Origin: Myxococcales bacterium
GTDB lineage: Bacteria > Desulfobacterota > Binatia > HRBIN30
Assembly (NCBI GenBank): GCA_037445065.1
Contig: JBBILD010000020.1
Span: 1 to 64,000 of the forward strand
Direction of reading: 5' to 3'
Length of the DNA: 64,000 nucleotides
This document shows positions 29,684 through 40,560 of the stretch, in pieces. The position numbers were made by a program, and so were the translations under genes. Position 1 is the first letter of the stretch; every line of letters begins with the position of its first letter. The notes below the pieces were generated by a model. It searched no databases and was not told where the DNA came from. It worked only from the letters and a program-made list of their open reading frames with translations.

Positions 29684-30991
29684 TCAAGACGCACGACCTG
29701 TAAGTCGCTGCCTGGACGTTTTTTTCCGCCGCTGGTGGCGCTGCTGGCGCGAGAGATGCACCAGAGGGCGATCGGGGCGTGCCGTGGCGACACGGCGAAC
29801 CGGGAGCAGCATCTCCTCCTGCACCTCACCGACCGGAAGCTTCCTGCGCAGCAAAGCCTCAATGGCGTCGAGTGCGTCCACGAACTCCTCGCAGGCGAGC
29901 GAGAAGGCTTTCCCGCTGGCGCCAGCGCGTCCGGTACGGCCGATGCGATGAATGTAGTTCTCTGCATCGCGCGGCAAGTCATAGTTGAACACATGTGTCA
30001 CGCTTTCCACGTGCAAGCCGCGGGCCGCCACGTCCGTGGCCACGAGCAGGCGCAACCGATCCGCAGCAAAATCACGGATTCGGCGCAAGCGAACGTTCTG
30101 GCGGAGGTCCCCCGTGAGAGCCTCGGCACGATGCCCGTGCTGGCGCAGTCGCTCGGCCAGCCATTCGGCACCACGCTTGGTGTTCACAAAACAAATCGCT
30201 CTCCCTGGTTGCTCGCGTTGCAGCAGGCCGAGGAGCAAGGGCAGCTTCTCGCTTCGTCCCACATGAAACAACGTCTGCTCGATCCCTTCCGCGACCAAGC
30301 GCTGGGGCTGCACGCGGATCCACAGGGGATCCTGCAAGTGCCGTTGTGCTAACTGTTGCACTTCCGTGCTCAGCGTCGCGGAAAACAACATGCACTGCCG
30401 CCCACCAGCCGGCGGCGTGCGGTCGAGCAAGAAGCGCACATCCGCCACGAAGCCCATGTCGAACATGCGATCGGCTTCGTCCAAAACGACGATTTCGACC
30501 GAGGCCAGCGACAGCACACGCTGGTGCACAAAGTCTATGAGTCGCCCAGGCGTACCCACCACCACGTCGCACCCTTGTTCCAAGGCGCGGCGCTGCGGTT
30601 CGTAGCCGAGCCCGCCGACCACTGCCGCGCAACGGAGGCCCGTGTGTTTGCCCAAGCTGCGCGCGTCATTGGCGATCTGCAGCACCAGCTCGCGGGTGGG
30701 CGCCACCACCAAGGCCCGTGGCCTGCGCACGGGAGCGGGCCGAGGCTCGCGCAGCAAGCGCGCAAAGACGGTGAGCAAGAACGCGGCGGTCTTGCCTGTG
30801 CCGGTTTGTGCCTGCCCAGCAACGTCCCGCCCAGCCAACGAATGCGGTAACACCCGCGCTTGGATGGGCGTGCAATGCGTAAAACCAACTTCTTCGATTC
30901 CGCGGAGCACACGCTCAGGAAGAGGCAACTCCGCAAAGGGCGGCGTGTCTGCGCCAAGCGCAGCAAACGCCGGAACACTAGAAAAATTCAC
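29684..30991 (-). CDS. rhlB: DEAD-box RNA helicase, RhlB-like
   Basis: GFTHCTPIQ, DVAGQAQTGTGKT, DEAD, SAT, HRIGRTGR. Confidence 0.85.
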   Translation of the reverse strand: MNFSSVPAFAALGADTPPFAELPLPERVLRGIEEVGFTHCTPIQARVLPHSLAGRDVAGQAQTGTGKTAAFLLTVFARLLREPRPAPVRRPRALVVAPTRELVLQIANDARSLGKHTGLRCAAVVGGLGYEPQRRALEQGCDVVVGTPGRLIDFVHQRVLSLASVEIVVLDEADRMFDMGFVADVRFLLDRTPPAGGRQCMLFSATLSTEVQQLAQRHLQDPLWIRVQPQRLVAEGIEQTLFHVGRSEKLPLLLGLLQREQPGRAICFVNTKRGAEWLAERLRQHGHRAEALTGDLRQNVRLRRIRDFAADRLRLLVATDVAARGLHVESVTHVFNYDLPRDAENYIHRIGRTGRAGASGKAFSLACEEFVDALDAIEALLRRKLPVGEVQEEMLLPVRRVATARPDRPLVHLSRQQRHQRRKKTSRQRLTGRAS

Positions 30992-31114
30992 GATGGCGCC
31001 AGCCTAGCCCCGCCATCTGGCCCACACAACCCAGCGGCGAACTTTTTCCCGGCGGCTCAAAACCGCAAGTGAGGCGATACTTGCGGCACTCCGTTCGCCT
31101 GAGTGCGGGCGAAC

Positions 31115-31753
31115 TCACCGCGCGCGGCCTTCTCCCGCCGCTCCCAGCAATCCGTCCTCATCGCCGGCCAAATCGAGCTCTGCTGCCTGCGCCAGTTCCC
31201 GTTGTGCGAACAATAGGAAACGGAGCAGCGCTTTGAGCCGGTTTCCCCCGGGTGCGCGCATGGAGAGCAGGAATCCGGGCAGGTCACGCAACCGGAAACT
31301 CAAGATGCCGGCGCCCCACAGGGGGCCGCCGAGAACGCCCTCGTGGATAAGCGTGTACAAGGTGACCTGCTCGCGCAGTGAAGGGAAGGGCGTGTGGAGC
31401 ACTTTCGTCCCCCGCACCAGGTACGGCTCGCCTGCGTCGGCGCGAAACGCGGCCGTATAGCGCATGAGTTTGGCTTGCTGGCGCGCGGCCGGCACATACA
31501 CTTCGAGCGTGCCTGTTTCGATGCGAGCCGCGCGCGCAAGCCCGGCACAGGAAACGCTACCGGCGAGCTGGGCGGTGTGTTTCGGGTCGCGGAAAAACGC
31601 TTCCAGATCCGGGACCCGAACCTGCAAATCGAGCCGCAGCACAGTGCCTGCTTCGCGCCCCCGTGCGGCCCCCGCGCGCGGATCGGTGATGCCTTTCGCC
31701 ACGGGTCCGAGCATTCGCTCGCGAAACTCGAAGCTGAGGGCTTGTTCGGGCAT
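31115..31753 (-). CDS. Hypothetical protein (resembles the beta-rich domain fused to some GMC/cholesterol oxidases)
   Basis: FRERMLG, LMRY, GTK, TLYT, GAGIL pattern. Lies downstream of the acyl-CoA synthetase on the same strand. Confidence 0.6.
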   Translation of the reverse strand: MPEQALSFEFRERMLGPVAKGITDPRAGAARGREAGTVLRLDLQVRVPDLEAFFRDPKHTAQLAGSVSCAGLARAARIETGTLEVYVPAARQQAKLMRYTAAFRADAGEPYLVRGTKVLHTPFPSLREQVTLYTLIHEGVLGGPLWGAGILSFRLRDLPGFLLSMRAPGGNRLKALLRFLLFAQRELAQAAELDLAGDEDGLLGAAGEGRAR

Positions 31754-31785
31754 GGAAGCACACTACCGCAGGCAAAACGCCACGC

Positions 31786-33333
31786 TCAAGGGAGCCGCTC
31801 CGTTTGTTGGAGCGCCGCCACCAACTCGTGGCGCCGGATTTTGCCGGTCGGCTCGCGCGGCAACGTTTCCACGAACACCACTCGCCGCGGGCACTTGTAA
31901 TGCGCCAGGCGAGCACGCGCGAAGGCAATGAGTTCTTCCTCCGCCACCGGCTGCTCGCGCCGCGGCTCCACCACTGCCACTACACGCTTGCCCATTTCCG
32001 GGTCGGGCACTCCCAACACGGCCACATCGGCCACGCCAGGGTGTTCCAAGAGCACGGCTTCCACCTCCGCCGGGTACACGTTCGCCCCACCAGAGAGAAT
32101 GAGATCTGTGCGCCGGTCCACCAAAAAGAGGTAGCCATCGTTGTCCAGGTACCCGAGGTCCCCCGCAGTAAAGAAACCGTCGCGAAAGGCACTGGCCGTC
32201 TTGTCCTCGGCATGGCGGTAAGAGAACGACAAGTGGGGAGCGCGTACGTAGACCAAACCGACCTCCCCCGGAGCGCAAAGTCGGCCTTGTTCGTCGTAAA
32301 TGCGCAGCTCGTGGCCTGGCCAGGGGCGACCGACCGTACCCGGCCGCTCCAGCCACTCCTCCGCACGCACCATGGTGAAGCCGCTTTCCGAAGCGCCGTA
32401 AAATTCCACCACCGAGTCGCGGGGGAACACGTCGAGGATGGCGCGTTTGACCTCGACCGGGCATGGTGCCGCCGCGTGCAGCACCAGGCGAAGGGACGAA
32501 AGGTCGAACGAGCGCAACCGCTCGGCACCGAGCTGCAAGATGCGCACAAAGTGGGTGGGTACCATGAAGGCCGTGGTGACCCGGTGGCGTTCCACGGTTC
32601 GCAGAACGTCCTCGGCATCGAAGCGCGGTAAGATCACCACCGTTGCCCCAACCCAAAGGTGGGCCTGAGCGTAGCTGGCCGGGGCCGTGTGGTAGAGAGG
32701 ACCACACACAAGGTGCACGTCGTCGGAGCGAAAGCCCCACATCGAGGCCAGCGCAGCCATCTGCTGGTGGGCGGTGGCTGGGTCGAACGGCCGCTCGATC
32801 CCCTTTGGGCGTCCGGTCGTCCCCGAGGTGTACACCAGCACGTTGAACCCTCCGCCCGCGAAGAAGTCCGCGCTTTCCTCTCCGCTCTCCGCAGCAAGCA
32901 CTTCTTCGTACGACGCGCCGCGCCACGGTGGCTCGGAGCCCACAACCCAAACTCGCAGGTCGTCGCGGCCTAGCTCGCGCAGCGCCCCGTCCACTTCGCC
33001 TGCAAGGTCGTTCTCGGCGACAATCGCCTGCGCTTCTGAGTCGGCAAGAAGGTATGCGATCTCCGCTGCCTTGGCTCGATACCCCACCGGCAATAATCGC
33101 GCGCCGATTTTCCCCACCGCCTGCAATAGTTCGAGCCACTCGCAACGGTTATGTAGAACCGCCGCTACCACCCAGTTCGAGTCGGCTCCGGCCCGCCGCA
33201 TTGCGCGAGCAAGCTGGTTCACCCGACGGCGCAGTTCGGCGTACGTGCGCACTCCAAAAGCGTCCACCACCGCGACCTGGTCACCTCGCGCGACTCCATG
33301 GTAAGCAAGCCCGCCGACCTGCTCGTGCGCCAT
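31786..33333 (-). CDS. AMP-dependent acyl-CoA synthetase
   Basis: YTSGTTGRPKG, FYGASE, GDLG, SGGANVYP, TGKI. Confidence 0.93.
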   Translation of the reverse strand: MAHEQVGGLAYHGVARGDQVAVVDAFGVRTYAELRRRVNQLARAMRRAGADSNWVVAAVLHNRCEWLELLQAVGKIGARLLPVGYRAKAAEIAYLLADSEAQAIVAENDLAGEVDGALRELGRDDLRVWVVGSEPPWRGASYEEVLAAESGEESADFFAGGGFNVLVYTSGTTGRPKGIERPFDPATAHQQMAALASMWGFRSDDVHLVCGPLYHTAPASYAQAHLWVGATVVILPRFDAEDVLRTVERHRVTTAFMVPTHFVRILQLGAERLRSFDLSSLRLVLHAAAPCPVEVKRAILDVFPRDSVVEFYGASESGFTMVRAEEWLERPGTVGRPWPGHELRIYDEQGRLCAPGEVGLVYVRAPHLSFSYRHAEDKTASAFRDGFFTAGDLGYLDNDGYLFLVDRRTDLILSGGANVYPAEVEAVLLEHPGVADVAVLGVPDPEMGKRVVAVVEPRREQPVAEEELIAFARARLAHYKCPRRVVFVETLPREPTGKIRRHELVAALQQTERLP

Positions 33334-33607
33334 GCCGTCTCTTATTCCACGCGCGGCGCGCCTTTCCAAGCAGCGAGGTCGCCCGCGATTCCGCTGCCGA
33401 CTTGCGGCCGCACGTCCAGCGGGAACGCTCGTTCTCCCTCTCGCCGAGGTGGTCCCGGCGCGCGCGGCTGGGCGAGCCCGAGTTCCCTTCGGCCAGAGGC
33501 GCGGGCACCCGCAAGCGGTATGCGCGCTGTACCAGGGCAGTCTGCTTCGGCCCCACAGGTGCGCCCGCTCTTGCGCCTCTGCACGCGCAACGGGAATGAT
33601 AGGCTGC

Positions 33608-34807
33608 ATGTCCGCATCATCCTGGGGAAATCCTCCGTGGACCGTTGCTCTGGAACTTCCCTACCGAGAGATCCCGGCACGTTGCGAAGTGGCGGTGGTC
33701 GGGGGCGGGCTGGCCGGACTGTCTGCCGCCTACCACGTGGCGCGAGCGGGTGCTGGCTCGGTAGTGCTGCTCGAAGCGCGCCGGCTCGGCTCCGGCGCCA
33801 GTGGGCGTACGGGTGGAATCGTTTTAGAAGGCACCGCCACCGGTACGTTGGAAGGGGTGAGCGACTGTCTGCCGTACCTGCAGCGCTTTACCGGGGAACA
33901 AGAGATCGCCTGTGACCTTGAACTTTCTGGCTGCTGGGAACTGAGACACGAAGCCACAGAGTCTGCGCCCTGCGCCCCATATGCGCGGCCAGCGTCGCGC
34001 GCGGGAGCCGGTGGTGCCGATCGAGCGCCAGGCGACGCTGGCTCCAGGCACACTCCGTTGTGCTGGCGTGACGCCGACTCCTTCCTGCGCGCGGTTACCA
34101 AAGTTCCAGGCGGAACAGCCGATGCCGGGGCTCTAATCACCGGTTTGGCGCAAGCTTGCTGGCGCGCCGGGGTCGTCCTGTGCGAATCGGCGCCGGTCCA
34201 TGCGATCGCACCGGGGCCGGAGGTCACACTCGCGGTTCGCGGCACCCACCTCCGGGCCCGCGCCGTGGTGGTAGCCACCAACGCATACGCGCCTGCGCTC
34301 CTTTCCTTACCGGTTCGCCTGCAACCCGCGCTCACTCTTGCAGTTTGCACCCAACCACTCGGGCAGGGCACCATCCGAGAGATCGGGCTCGATCCGCCCC
34401 TTCCTTTTTATACGCAAGACCTGCCCTACCTGTGGGGGAGGCCGCTTGCGGGCGATCGGCTGATTTTCGGTGCCGGGCTAGTTCTGGCCGGTGCACGCGA
34501 ACTCGAGCAACTCGAGATACGCAGGGGCGACGCAGCGCGACTCTTGGCGCAGCTCGAAGCGCGCATCCGAGGCCTCCATCCTGCCCTGCGCAAGGTGGAG
34601 GCCGTGCAACGCTGGGCCGGTCCGATCGCCTTTACGGATCGGCGCACGCCCGTTCTGGCTCGCCTGCCTGCCTGCCCAAACATCGTCGTGCTGGCGGGTT
34701 GCGCCGGGCATGGAATCGCCCTCTCCGTCCGCGCCGGCGCCCTGATCGCAGACGCGATTTGCGAAAACACGCCCTTGCCGCGCTGGGGAGAGCTGCCGCC
34801 TCACTGA
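33608..34807 (+). CDS. FAD-dependent oxidoreductase (DadA/PuuB-like)
   Basis: VVGGGLAG, GASGRTGG, ATNAY, GCAGHGI. Confidence 0.9.
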   Translation: MSASSWGNPPWTVALELPYREIPARCEVAVVGGGLAGLSAAYHVARAGAGSVVLLEARRLGSGASGRTGGIVLEGTATGTLEGVSDCLPYLQRFTGEQEIACDLELSGCWELRHEATESAPCAPYARPASRAGAGGADRAPGDAGSRHTPLCWRDADSFLRAVTKVPGGTADAGALITGLAQACWRAGVVLCESAPVHAIAPGPEVTLAVRGTHLRARAVVVATNAYAPALLSLPVRLQPALTLAVCTQPLGQGTIREIGLDPPLPFYTQDLPYLWGRPLAGDRLIFGAGLVLAGARELEQLEIRRGDAARLLAQLEARIRGLHPALRKVEAVQRWAGPIAFTDRRTPVLARLPACPNIVVLAGCAGHGIALSVRAGALIADAICENTPLPRWGELPPH

Positions 34808-34956
34808 CCCAGCCCGGGAACCCCAGCGGTGGAAGGGTCGCCTACGAGTGTCCGATCTTCCCACGACGCCTAGCACGGACGGAACTTCTGCGAGGCAGGA
34901 CAGAGCGAAGTCGCGCCGGCAACCCGGGTGCCGGCCACCCCGCAGGTGGGAGATTC

Positions 34957-37900
34957 TCAACCGAGCAAGCGGGCCAGTTCCGCCGGCAACTGCGAGAACT
35001 GGAAGGATCCGCGGAACAAGAGTTCGCGGACGGTGGCCGCGTAGAATTGTTCCTCGCGCACCGGTGCCGGCTCGAGCAGGACAAGGAGAGGCAGATCCGC
35101 AGTGCCTTCCTGGTTGCGGAGTCCCGCAATGGCGCGCGCGACCCCAGAAGTCCCCGGCGCCAAATGCACCACCGCTGCTTCCGGCGCCACGATGGAGGTG
35201 AACTCCAGCGCCTGCTTCCCGTCGAGCACGATCGAGGTGGACACATTCGCCTTCGCAAGCGGTTCACGGAGTTTGCCCATTGCATCCACGTCGGCGCTCA
35301 CTGCCAGCAAGCGGCGTAGCTTCGGGCGCAACCAGTTGAGCTGTTCGAGGGCCCGCGCCGGGTCGGGCGGCCACAAGTCGAACTCGGCGCGGCCGAAGCA
35401 GAAGCCCCGCTCCCCGCTCGCCGGCATGACGTACGCCAACACTTTCACCTGGCGGCAGCGGGGGTCACGCCGCAGCCCGAGGAGTGTGCGCCAGGCCAGC
35501 GGGCCCGCTCCCAGGTTGATCAGGGCGTAGCCCACGTTCGCGCCTGCCGCGGCCTCGGCTGCCCGTTCGTCGAAGGGCCGGGAAGTCACCTCGAACCCGG
35601 CGGCACGCAGCGCCGCCGCAGCATCGCTCGCCCGCTGCCCCGTTTCGAACAACACGATCTCCCTGCCACCCACCGGCTCCGCCACACTCACCCCTTCCTC
35701 TTCGGCATCGGCCGCGCTGGTTTCCGCTGGGGCTGCCCCTCGTGGCAAAAGACGCTCCGGGGGGACTTCTTGCACCTCGCGCGCCAAAGCCGTCTCCAGC
35801 TTGGCGTGGCCGTTGCCACGCGACAGTTCGGCCACGGCCTCCTGGGCCGCCCGCAAGGCCTCGGCGAGTTCGTCGCGCTCAGCGGTGGTGTGGGAGAGCG
35901 CCGCGCGTTGCGCCGCCAGTTCTTGGTCGAGCTGCTGCAAGCGACTCTCGCTTTGCGCCAAGCGTTCCGCCAGTTCGATGCGCTCCTGGTCGCCGGCCAG
36001 TTTCTCTTCTTGCAGGGCTTGCCATGCGGCCCGCAGCTCGGCCAAGCTGCGCCGCTCGGCTTCGAAGTCTTGCTGCTGTTGGGCCAGCAACGCCTCCATG
36101 CGCTTGCGTTCCTCGGCAAGCTGCTGGCGATGCTCTTCGAGGCGGCGCTGTTCTTCCGCCAGGCGTGCCAGCAACTCGGCCCGCTCTTGCTCGCTGCGCT
36201 GCCGCTCTTCTTCGAGTGCAGCCCGTTGCCGCTCGCTGCGCGCAAGCTCGCCGTGCAACGAGGACAGCAGCTGTTCGAGTTCGCCCACTCGGCCAGCGAG
36301 CGCCGCAGCCTGTTCCGCCACCGCTTGCTGCTCGCTCGCCTTCTGGCGCCACGCTTCCTCCTGCTCCCGTAAGCGTTGCAGCTCGCGGTCAATCTGCTCG
36401 CAGCGGCGCTCGCTCTGGCCGAGTTCCGCTTCCAACCGCCGGTAGCGTTCGAGGACGCTGGCCCGCTCGCTTTCCTCGCGCTCTGCCCGTTCGCGCCAGT
36501 TCTTGGCCTCCCGCTCGGCTTCCTCCAAGCGGTGGTGGAGTTGGGCGCGGCCGGCATTGAGTTCGGCCACCTGGCGGCGCAAGTTCTCGGTCAGCGCCTG
36601 CAGTTCTCCAACCGCGGCCGCGTGCGCGGTAGCCAAGTCGCGCGTGCGCTTCTGGTGATCGGCCAAAGAGCGCTCGAGCAGCATTTTCTCTTGCTCCAAG
36701 GCGCGCAAGCGCGTGCGTAAGGCCTGCACTTCTTGGCTCAGAGTCTGCGCCTGCTCGTCTTGCGAGGCGTGCGCTCGCTCGAGTTCCGCTTGCAGCCGCT
36801 GCTGCTCCTCGCGCAACGCGCGGTTCTCCTGCTCCAGGCGCGCCATGTCCGCCTCGAGCGCACGCCGCCGGCTGTCGGCCTCCGTCTGCTCCTGTTCTAC
36901 GCGCTGCACCCGGGCCCGCCACTCCACCAGTTCCTGGCGTGCGCGCTCCGCTTCTGCCTGGGCGCTCGCCAGGCTGCGCTCCAGAGACCTGAGCCTTTGC
37001 TCTGATTCCTCCCCCTGCCGAGCCCAAGCCGCCGAGACCTCGTCGAGCCGGCGTTGCGCTTCTTGCGCACGTTGCTGCGCTTCTGCGTACGCTTGCTGCA
37101 GCTCGCCTAGGCGTTTGGCGGAGACATCGGCACTCGAGGCTCGCTGTTCGAACTCTTGCCGTTCGCGCTCCAGTTCGGCGCGCAAACTCTCCTGTGCAGC
37201 GCGGGCCTTCTGCAGCGCCTGTTGCCACACCTCGCGTTCCCGTTGGAACTGCGCCGTAACTTCCTCCACGCGCGCCTCTGCATCGCGGGCCCGCTCCCGC
37301 GCCTGTGCCACTTGGCGGCTGAGTTCTTGGAGTTCTGAGAGCGCGCGCTCGCGCTCGGCTCGCGCCCGTGCCACTTCTTCCCCAGCTTGCGCCGCGCTCG
37401 CCGCCAACTGCTCGAGTTGCCGTTGCGATTGGGCCAACTGTTCGCCCAACTGGCGCGCTTGCTCGAGGGCGCGATCCCGCTCGCTGCGCGCCTCTTCTGC
37501 ACTTTGCTGGAGTTCGAGCAAGGAAGCCCGTTGCGCTTCGATGCGCTTTTCGCTCGCCACCAGCTCTTCCTGCAGGCGGCGTCGCTCCTGCTGCAAGCTC
37601 GCCACGCTTTCCCGCAAGGTGGCGAGCTTGCGGTCCACCATCACCTCGCTTTCTTGGTGGACCTGACGCAGAACCTCGAGCTCTTCCACCGTGGCGACTC
37701 GCGCCCGTTCCGCCGCCGCCAACTGCCCTCGCACCTCGGCAAGCTCCTTCTCCAGGGCCACCACCCGCGCTTCCCACTCGCTTGCCGTTTGTGTTTGGGC
37801 ACGAGCCGCCTCGGTTTTCGCGGTGGCAAGCTGCTGTTCCAGCTCCACCACCTGCTGCGCCAACGCCTCGGCTTGGCGGGCTACGGCCGCCTTGTCCGCC

Positions 37901-40560
37901 AACTGCTGGCGCATCTCGGCCAGGGTCCGCTGTAACTCCTGGAGTTCCTGATCGCGTTGCAAGCGCAGCTTTTCTTCTTGATCGAGCCGCGCCCGCAGCA
38001 TGGGCAACTGCCCGTGCAGCCGCTCCCATTCGCTCCGCAGCGCCTGCAGCTCGGCGCGCAGGGCGCGCTGCGCAGTTTCGGCCACGTTGCGCTCGTCGGC
38101 CAGAGCCGTGCGCAAGCGCGCCAACTCCGCCTCGCCACTGGAGCGTGCCTGCTCGGCCGCGATCAGCAGCGCGCGGGATTCCTCGTAACGAGCGGTCAAC
38201 TCGGCAATTTGCTCGCTCAACGCCTCTCTTTCGGCGCGAGCACTGTCGCGCGAAAGCACCGCTTGCTGTAAATCGTGCTGCACCGTGAACAGGCGTTCGA
38301 GCAAGCCCTGCTTCTCGGCCTCCAGCTTTGCTGCCTGCTCTTCCGCCCAAGCCCGCAACTCTTCTTGCCGGCGCAGCTCTTCCTGCAGGCGGCTTTCCAG
38401 TCGCTCGCAGCGTTCCTGCCAAACGCGGCCTGCCTCTTCGCTGTTCAGAAGCTGCTCGCTCAGCCGCTCGAGATCGGCAAGCGTAGATTCGAGCCGCGCC
38501 TGCAGGGCAGTGCGCTCGCGCTCGAGCGCTTGGTTTTGCGCATGAGCCGCGCGCGCGCGGCTCTCTTCCGCGTCGGCTCGCTCGCGCGTCTCTTGCCAGC
38601 GGCGTTCGAGGTCCTGCAGGGCCCCTCGTAACGCTGCCTCACGTTCGTGCCACGACTCCCGCTCGGCGCGGTAGCGCGCCTGCAGCGCGGCCAGGGCTGC
38701 TTCCTGCTCGACTTTCTGCTTGCGCAGTTCGGCAAGTTCGCTGGCCACTTGACGGCGCTGGGCTTGCTGCTCCGCGAGCTCCCGCTCGGTACGCTCGAGG
38801 CGCATCGCCGCCTCGGCTCCCTGCCGCCGCGCCACCTCCAGTTCGGCGCTGAGTTCTTCTCGCTCTTTGTGGAGGCTCGCGACTTCCTGGCGCAACGACT
38901 CCACGCTCGCCTCAGCGAGCTTGTTCAGCTCGAGCTGCTCGCTGTACTGCCGCTGCAAGCGCTCGAACGCCGCGGCAAGTTCTTCCCAATCTCGCCGCGC
39001 GGCTTCCAGCTCCGCACTCCGCGCCGCCTCGGCTGCGACCCAACTTTCGCGCTCTTCCTCGCGCTGCCGCCGCAGCGTTGCCAGTTCGGCCGCCAGGGCA
39101 GCACGCGCGGTCTCGGCTTCTGCGAACTGCTCGTGCAGTTTCTCGGCGATCTCCTGAACGTGTTGGATCTCGGAACGGGCGCGGCTGAGCTGCTCGGCCA
39201 ACGCGTCGCGCTGTACCAGAGTGCTACGCCACTCTCGCTCCAGGCGCGCGATCTCTTGGTTGCGCTCTGCCAGCTTGGCCCGTGCCGCTTGCGCTTCCTG
39301 CTTCCAGCCGTCACGGTCGGCTTCTACCGAGGCCAGGGCTTCGCTGGTAGACTGGCGCGAGCGGGCCAGTGCTTCACGCTGCGCCAGCAGCTCGGCTTGC
39401 AGCGCCTCGATTTGCGAGACCAGGCGGTCGCGCTCTTCGAACACGGCCAAAGCCAGCGTCTGCCACTCGGCTAACTGCGCTTCTACGTTGCTCCCTCGCG
39501 ACTCGAGGGTTTCGCGCTCGCGCTGCAGGGCGGACAACGACTGCTGCAGCGCCTGCACGCGGCTGTCAGCCAGCCGTGCCGTACGCGTCCGCTCAGCCTC
39601 GGCTGCAACCAGGCGGTCCTGCAACGCCTCGAGTTCGGCTTTGAGCCGCGCTACTTCGCTCTCCCCTACCCGTTCGAGTTCCGCCAGCCGCTGAGCCAGC
39701 TCATCCCGCTCGCGTACCAGCGAGTGATTCTGCAAGGTGAGCTGGCGTACCCGCGCTGCAGTGCTGTCCAACTCCGCGCGGACTGCTTCCAGTTCTCGCT
39801 GCCACTCCCGCTCTCGTTGATCGTCAACCAGCTTGGTGCCAGTCGCTTCGCTCTCTGCGCGCTGGGCCGGCAGCGCTCGCGCCAAATCGGGCCGAGGTTG
39901 GGGGGGACTGACAGCGGCGGGGTCAATGATCGCCCCCGCAGCCGCAAGCTTCCGCAACGTTTCCTGAGCCTTGGCCGATTCCAGGGTCACCGGGGTGGGC
40001 CCTTGTGGGCTGTCTTCGACCTCGCGCAGCACCGGAGCGCAGACGAGGAGGGCCTGACTCAATGTGTACAAATCCTGATCCGCAAACGAGCGCGCTCCGG
40101 CCGCAAACAAAAGCACCACTCCCGCAGGCGCTTCGTTTTCCAGTACCGGAACCGCAACCAGAGTGAGCCCGCGCGGAAACAGCGTCGCCAAGGCACGAGG
40201 CACGAAAGGGTTTTTGTGGGCGCCGCTGATCAGGCTGATCCGCCGATTGCGCAAACAACGTACGGGGATATCCCACACGCAGGCCTCGCCTCCACCCAAG
40301 GCTTCGATCGCTTCCGTACCGAGCCCCTCGGCAGCGAGAAGGACCAAGCGCTCGCGACGAACCTGATACCCGAGTACCGCAACGGCCTGCAGGCGGAGCA
40401 GGGATTGGAGGGTTCTCGCTACCTCACCCGCGAACTCGAGGCGAGGTAGGCGTTTCGCAAAGAGGGCAACAAAGCGGTTGCCCAGCCCAGCCAGGGGACC
40501 GCTCGCCGCAGAACGCCTACCCTCACCCGAACCCCGCTCTGGGAACTGCAGCACCTGCAT
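34957..40560 (-). CDS. Giant GAF-like / coiled-coil / tandem pseudo-receiver protein
   Basis: N-terminal GAF-like region (LVAVPVLENEAPAGVVLL), about 1350 aa of E/R/Q/L/A heptads, two C-terminal REC-like folds. Confidence 0.85.
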   Translation of the reverse strand: MQVLQFPERGSGEGRRSAASGPLAGLGNRFVALFAKRLPRLEFAGEVARTLQSLLRLQAVAVLGYQVRRERLVLLAAEGLGTEAIEALGGGEACVWDIPVRCLRNRRISLISGAHKNPFVPRALATLFPRGLTLVAVPVLENEAPAGVVLLFAAGARSFADQDLYTLSQALLVCAPVLREVEDSPQGPTPVTLESAKAQETLRKLAAAGAIIDPAAVSPPQPRPDLARALPAQRAESEATGTKLVDDQREREWQRELEAVRAELDSTAARVRQLTLQNHSLVRERDELAQRLAELERVGESEVARLKAELEALQDRLVAAEAERTRTARLADSRVQALQQSLSALQRERETLESRGSNVEAQLAEWQTLALAVFEERDRLVSQIEALQAELLAQREALARSRQSTSEALASVEADRDGWKQEAQAARAKLAERNQEIARLEREWRSTLVQRDALAEQLSRARSEIQHVQEIAEKLHEQFAEAETARAALAAELATLRRQREEERESWVAAEAARSAELEAARRDWEELAAAFERLQRQYSEQLELNKLAEASVESLRQEVASLHKEREELSAELEVARRQGAEAAMRLERTERELAEQQAQRRQVASELAELRKQKVEQEAALAALQARYRAERESWHEREAALRGALQDLERRWQETRERADAEESRARAAHAQNQALERERTALQARLESTLADLERLSEQLLNSEEAGRVWQERCERLESRLQEELRRQEELRAWAEEQAAKLEAEKQGLLERLFTVQHDLQQAVLSRDSARAEREALSEQIAELTARYEESRALLIAAEQARSSGEAELARLRTALADERNVAETAQRALRAELQALRSEWERLHGQLPMLRARLDQEEKLRLQRDQELQELQRTLAEMRQQLADKAAVARQAEALAQQVVELEQQLATAKTEAARAQTQTASEWEARVVALEKELAEVRGQLAAAERARVATVEELEVLRQVHQESEVMVDRKLATLRESVASLQQERRRLQEELVASEKRIEAQRASLLELQQSAEEARSERDRALEQARQLGEQLAQSQRQLEQLAASAAQAGEEVARARAERERALSELQELSRQVAQARERARDAEARVEEVTAQFQREREVWQQALQKARAAQESLRAELERERQEFEQRASSADVSAKRLGELQQAYAEAQQRAQEAQRRLDEVSAAWARQGEESEQRLRSLERSLASAQAEAERARQELVEWRARVQRVEQEQTEADSRRRALEADMARLEQENRALREEQQRLQAELERAHASQDEQAQTLSQEVQALRTRLRALEQEKMLLERSLADHQKRTRDLATAHAAAVGELQALTENLRRQVAELNAGRAQLHHRLEEAEREAKNWRERAEREESERASVLERYRRLEAELGQSERRCEQIDRELQRLREQEEAWRQKASEQQAVAEQAAALAGRVGELEQLLSSLHGELARSERQRAALEEERQRSEQERAELLARLAEEQRRLEEHRQQLAEERKRMEALLAQQQQDFEAERRSLAELRAAWQALQEEKLAGDQERIELAERLAQSESRLQQLDQELAAQRAALSHTTAERDELAEALRAAQEAVAELSRGNGHAKLETALAREVQEVPPERLLPRGAAPAETSAADAEEEGVSVAEPVGGREIVLFETGQRASDAAAALRAAGFEVTSRPFDERAAEAAAGANVGYALINLGAGPLAWRTLLGLRRDPRCRQVKVLAYVMPASGERGFCFGRAEFDLWPPDPARALEQLNWLRPKLRRLLAVSADVDAMGKLREPLAKANVSTSIVLDGKQALEFTSIVAPEAAVVHLAPGTSGVARAIAGLRNQEGTADLPLLVLLEPAPVREEQFYAATVRELLFRGSFQFSQLPAELARLLG

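Noticed and set aside
36389..38422. 677-aa alternative-frame ORF
   Set aside because: Out-of-frame shadow within the coiled-coil gene.
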